A stretch of DNA of 58,270 nt, filler included, from Sandaracinaceae bacterium (lineage in GTDB: Bacteria; Myxococcota_A; Polyangia; Polyangiales; JADJQN01): the NCBI GenBank assembly GCA_947483975.1. It is 5 parts of 5 records of this genome, joined end to end, with 100 filler letters (N's around TTAATTAATTAA, not from the genome) between each part and the next. Parts side by side here need not be neighbours in the genome. Positions count along the whole stretch, not along the records: positions 46,761 to 58,270 come from CANKOL010000144.1; 4 more parts are not named here. One strand, written 5' to 3'. The notes beneath the pieces are model-generated. The model saw nothing but the letters and a program-made list of their open reading frames with translations. It was not told the origin of the DNA and did no database searches. A program made the translations under genes and the position numbers. Below are positions 57,860-58,270 of the stretch, in pieces; within the stretch, counting starts at the first letter, position 1, and every line of letters starts with the position of its first letter.

Positions 57860-58270
57860 GTGAACAAGCTGAAGCTCGCGGCGCTCGGGCTCGGCGCGGT
57901 GCTCGCGCTCGCGGGCGTGCTGCTGTCGGTGAAGGGCGTGTTCGGGCACGAGCGCGGGGAGCTCGACCGACGCGGCGAGTGGAAGACGTTCGCGTCCGCC
58001 GCGCCGACGAGCGCGCGCTTGACGCTGGTGCGCGTCGCGCTGCGGCAGGGCGAGGCGGTCACCTTCGAGGTCTGCGCGAGAGACGCGTTTTCGCCTGAAA
58101 AATGGGCGGGAGCGGGCACGCTCGCGGTGTGGCCCGCGGGCGAGCGCGAGGCGCTCGTGGAGGCGCCGCTCGACGCCGCGCTCTTGGCGGGCGACGCGAC
58201 GACGCGCTTCCCCGAGGGCGCGTGCGTGCGGATCGCGGAGGCGGGCGCGCTCGGCGCGTCGGGGGACTTC
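57860..58270 (+). CDS. Membrane-anchored hypothetical protein, 3'-truncated
   Basis: GGAG RBS and GTG start; MNKLKLAALGLGAVLALAGVLLSVKG is a signal/TM segment; open to the window end. Confidence 0.55.
   Translation, partial: MNKLKLAALGLGAVLALAGVLLSVKGVFGHERGELDRRGEWKTFASAAPTSARLTLVRVALRQGEAVTFEVCARDAFSPEKWAGAGTLAVWPAGEREALVEAPLDAALLAGDATTRFPEGACVRIAEAGALGASGDF

Overview
The window joins five unrelated contigs of about 11.5 kb (1-11680, 11781-23418, 23519-35043, 35144-46660, 46761-58270) with artificial N44-TTAATTAATTAA-N44 linkers. The very high GC, gene content and D-x-G-linker lipoproteins point to a Myxococcota (Polyangiales/Sandaracinaceae-like) MAG; this is an inference. Contig 1 carries envelope and secreted proteins: a metzincin, a Cys-less glutaredoxin, YceI, a thioester alpha-2-macroglobulin, a Cys-rich lipoprotein and a penicillin acylase. 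Contig 2 looks like an integrated mobile/defence island. It has a leftward coupled operon (excisionase-type HTH, unknown 234-aa protein, PglW-like NERD/double kinase of BREX type 2) and a rightward element-like gene run (DUF932, small unknown ORFs, a stand-alone sigma54 activator, a Rad52-like fragment). Related G-U-rich hairpins punctuate that run, and a lower-GC two-gene cargo interrupts it. Contig 3 is mostly housekeeping (prs-rplY-pth, hisIE) and ends in a possible orphan type III filament/translocator-like cluster. Contig 4 holds a collagen-repeat protein, a GMC pair, PepF, DUF885, EVE, a BT1 MFS transporter and NorD. Contig 5 holds a partial ATP synthase operon (b', b, delta, alpha with a large insertion, gamma), a repeat/beta-helix lipoprotein, a CMD protein, a PAS kinase and a PPC-repeat lipoprotein. 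I saw no rRNA, tRNA or CRISPR array. All family calls come from motif recognition by eye, not from database searches.
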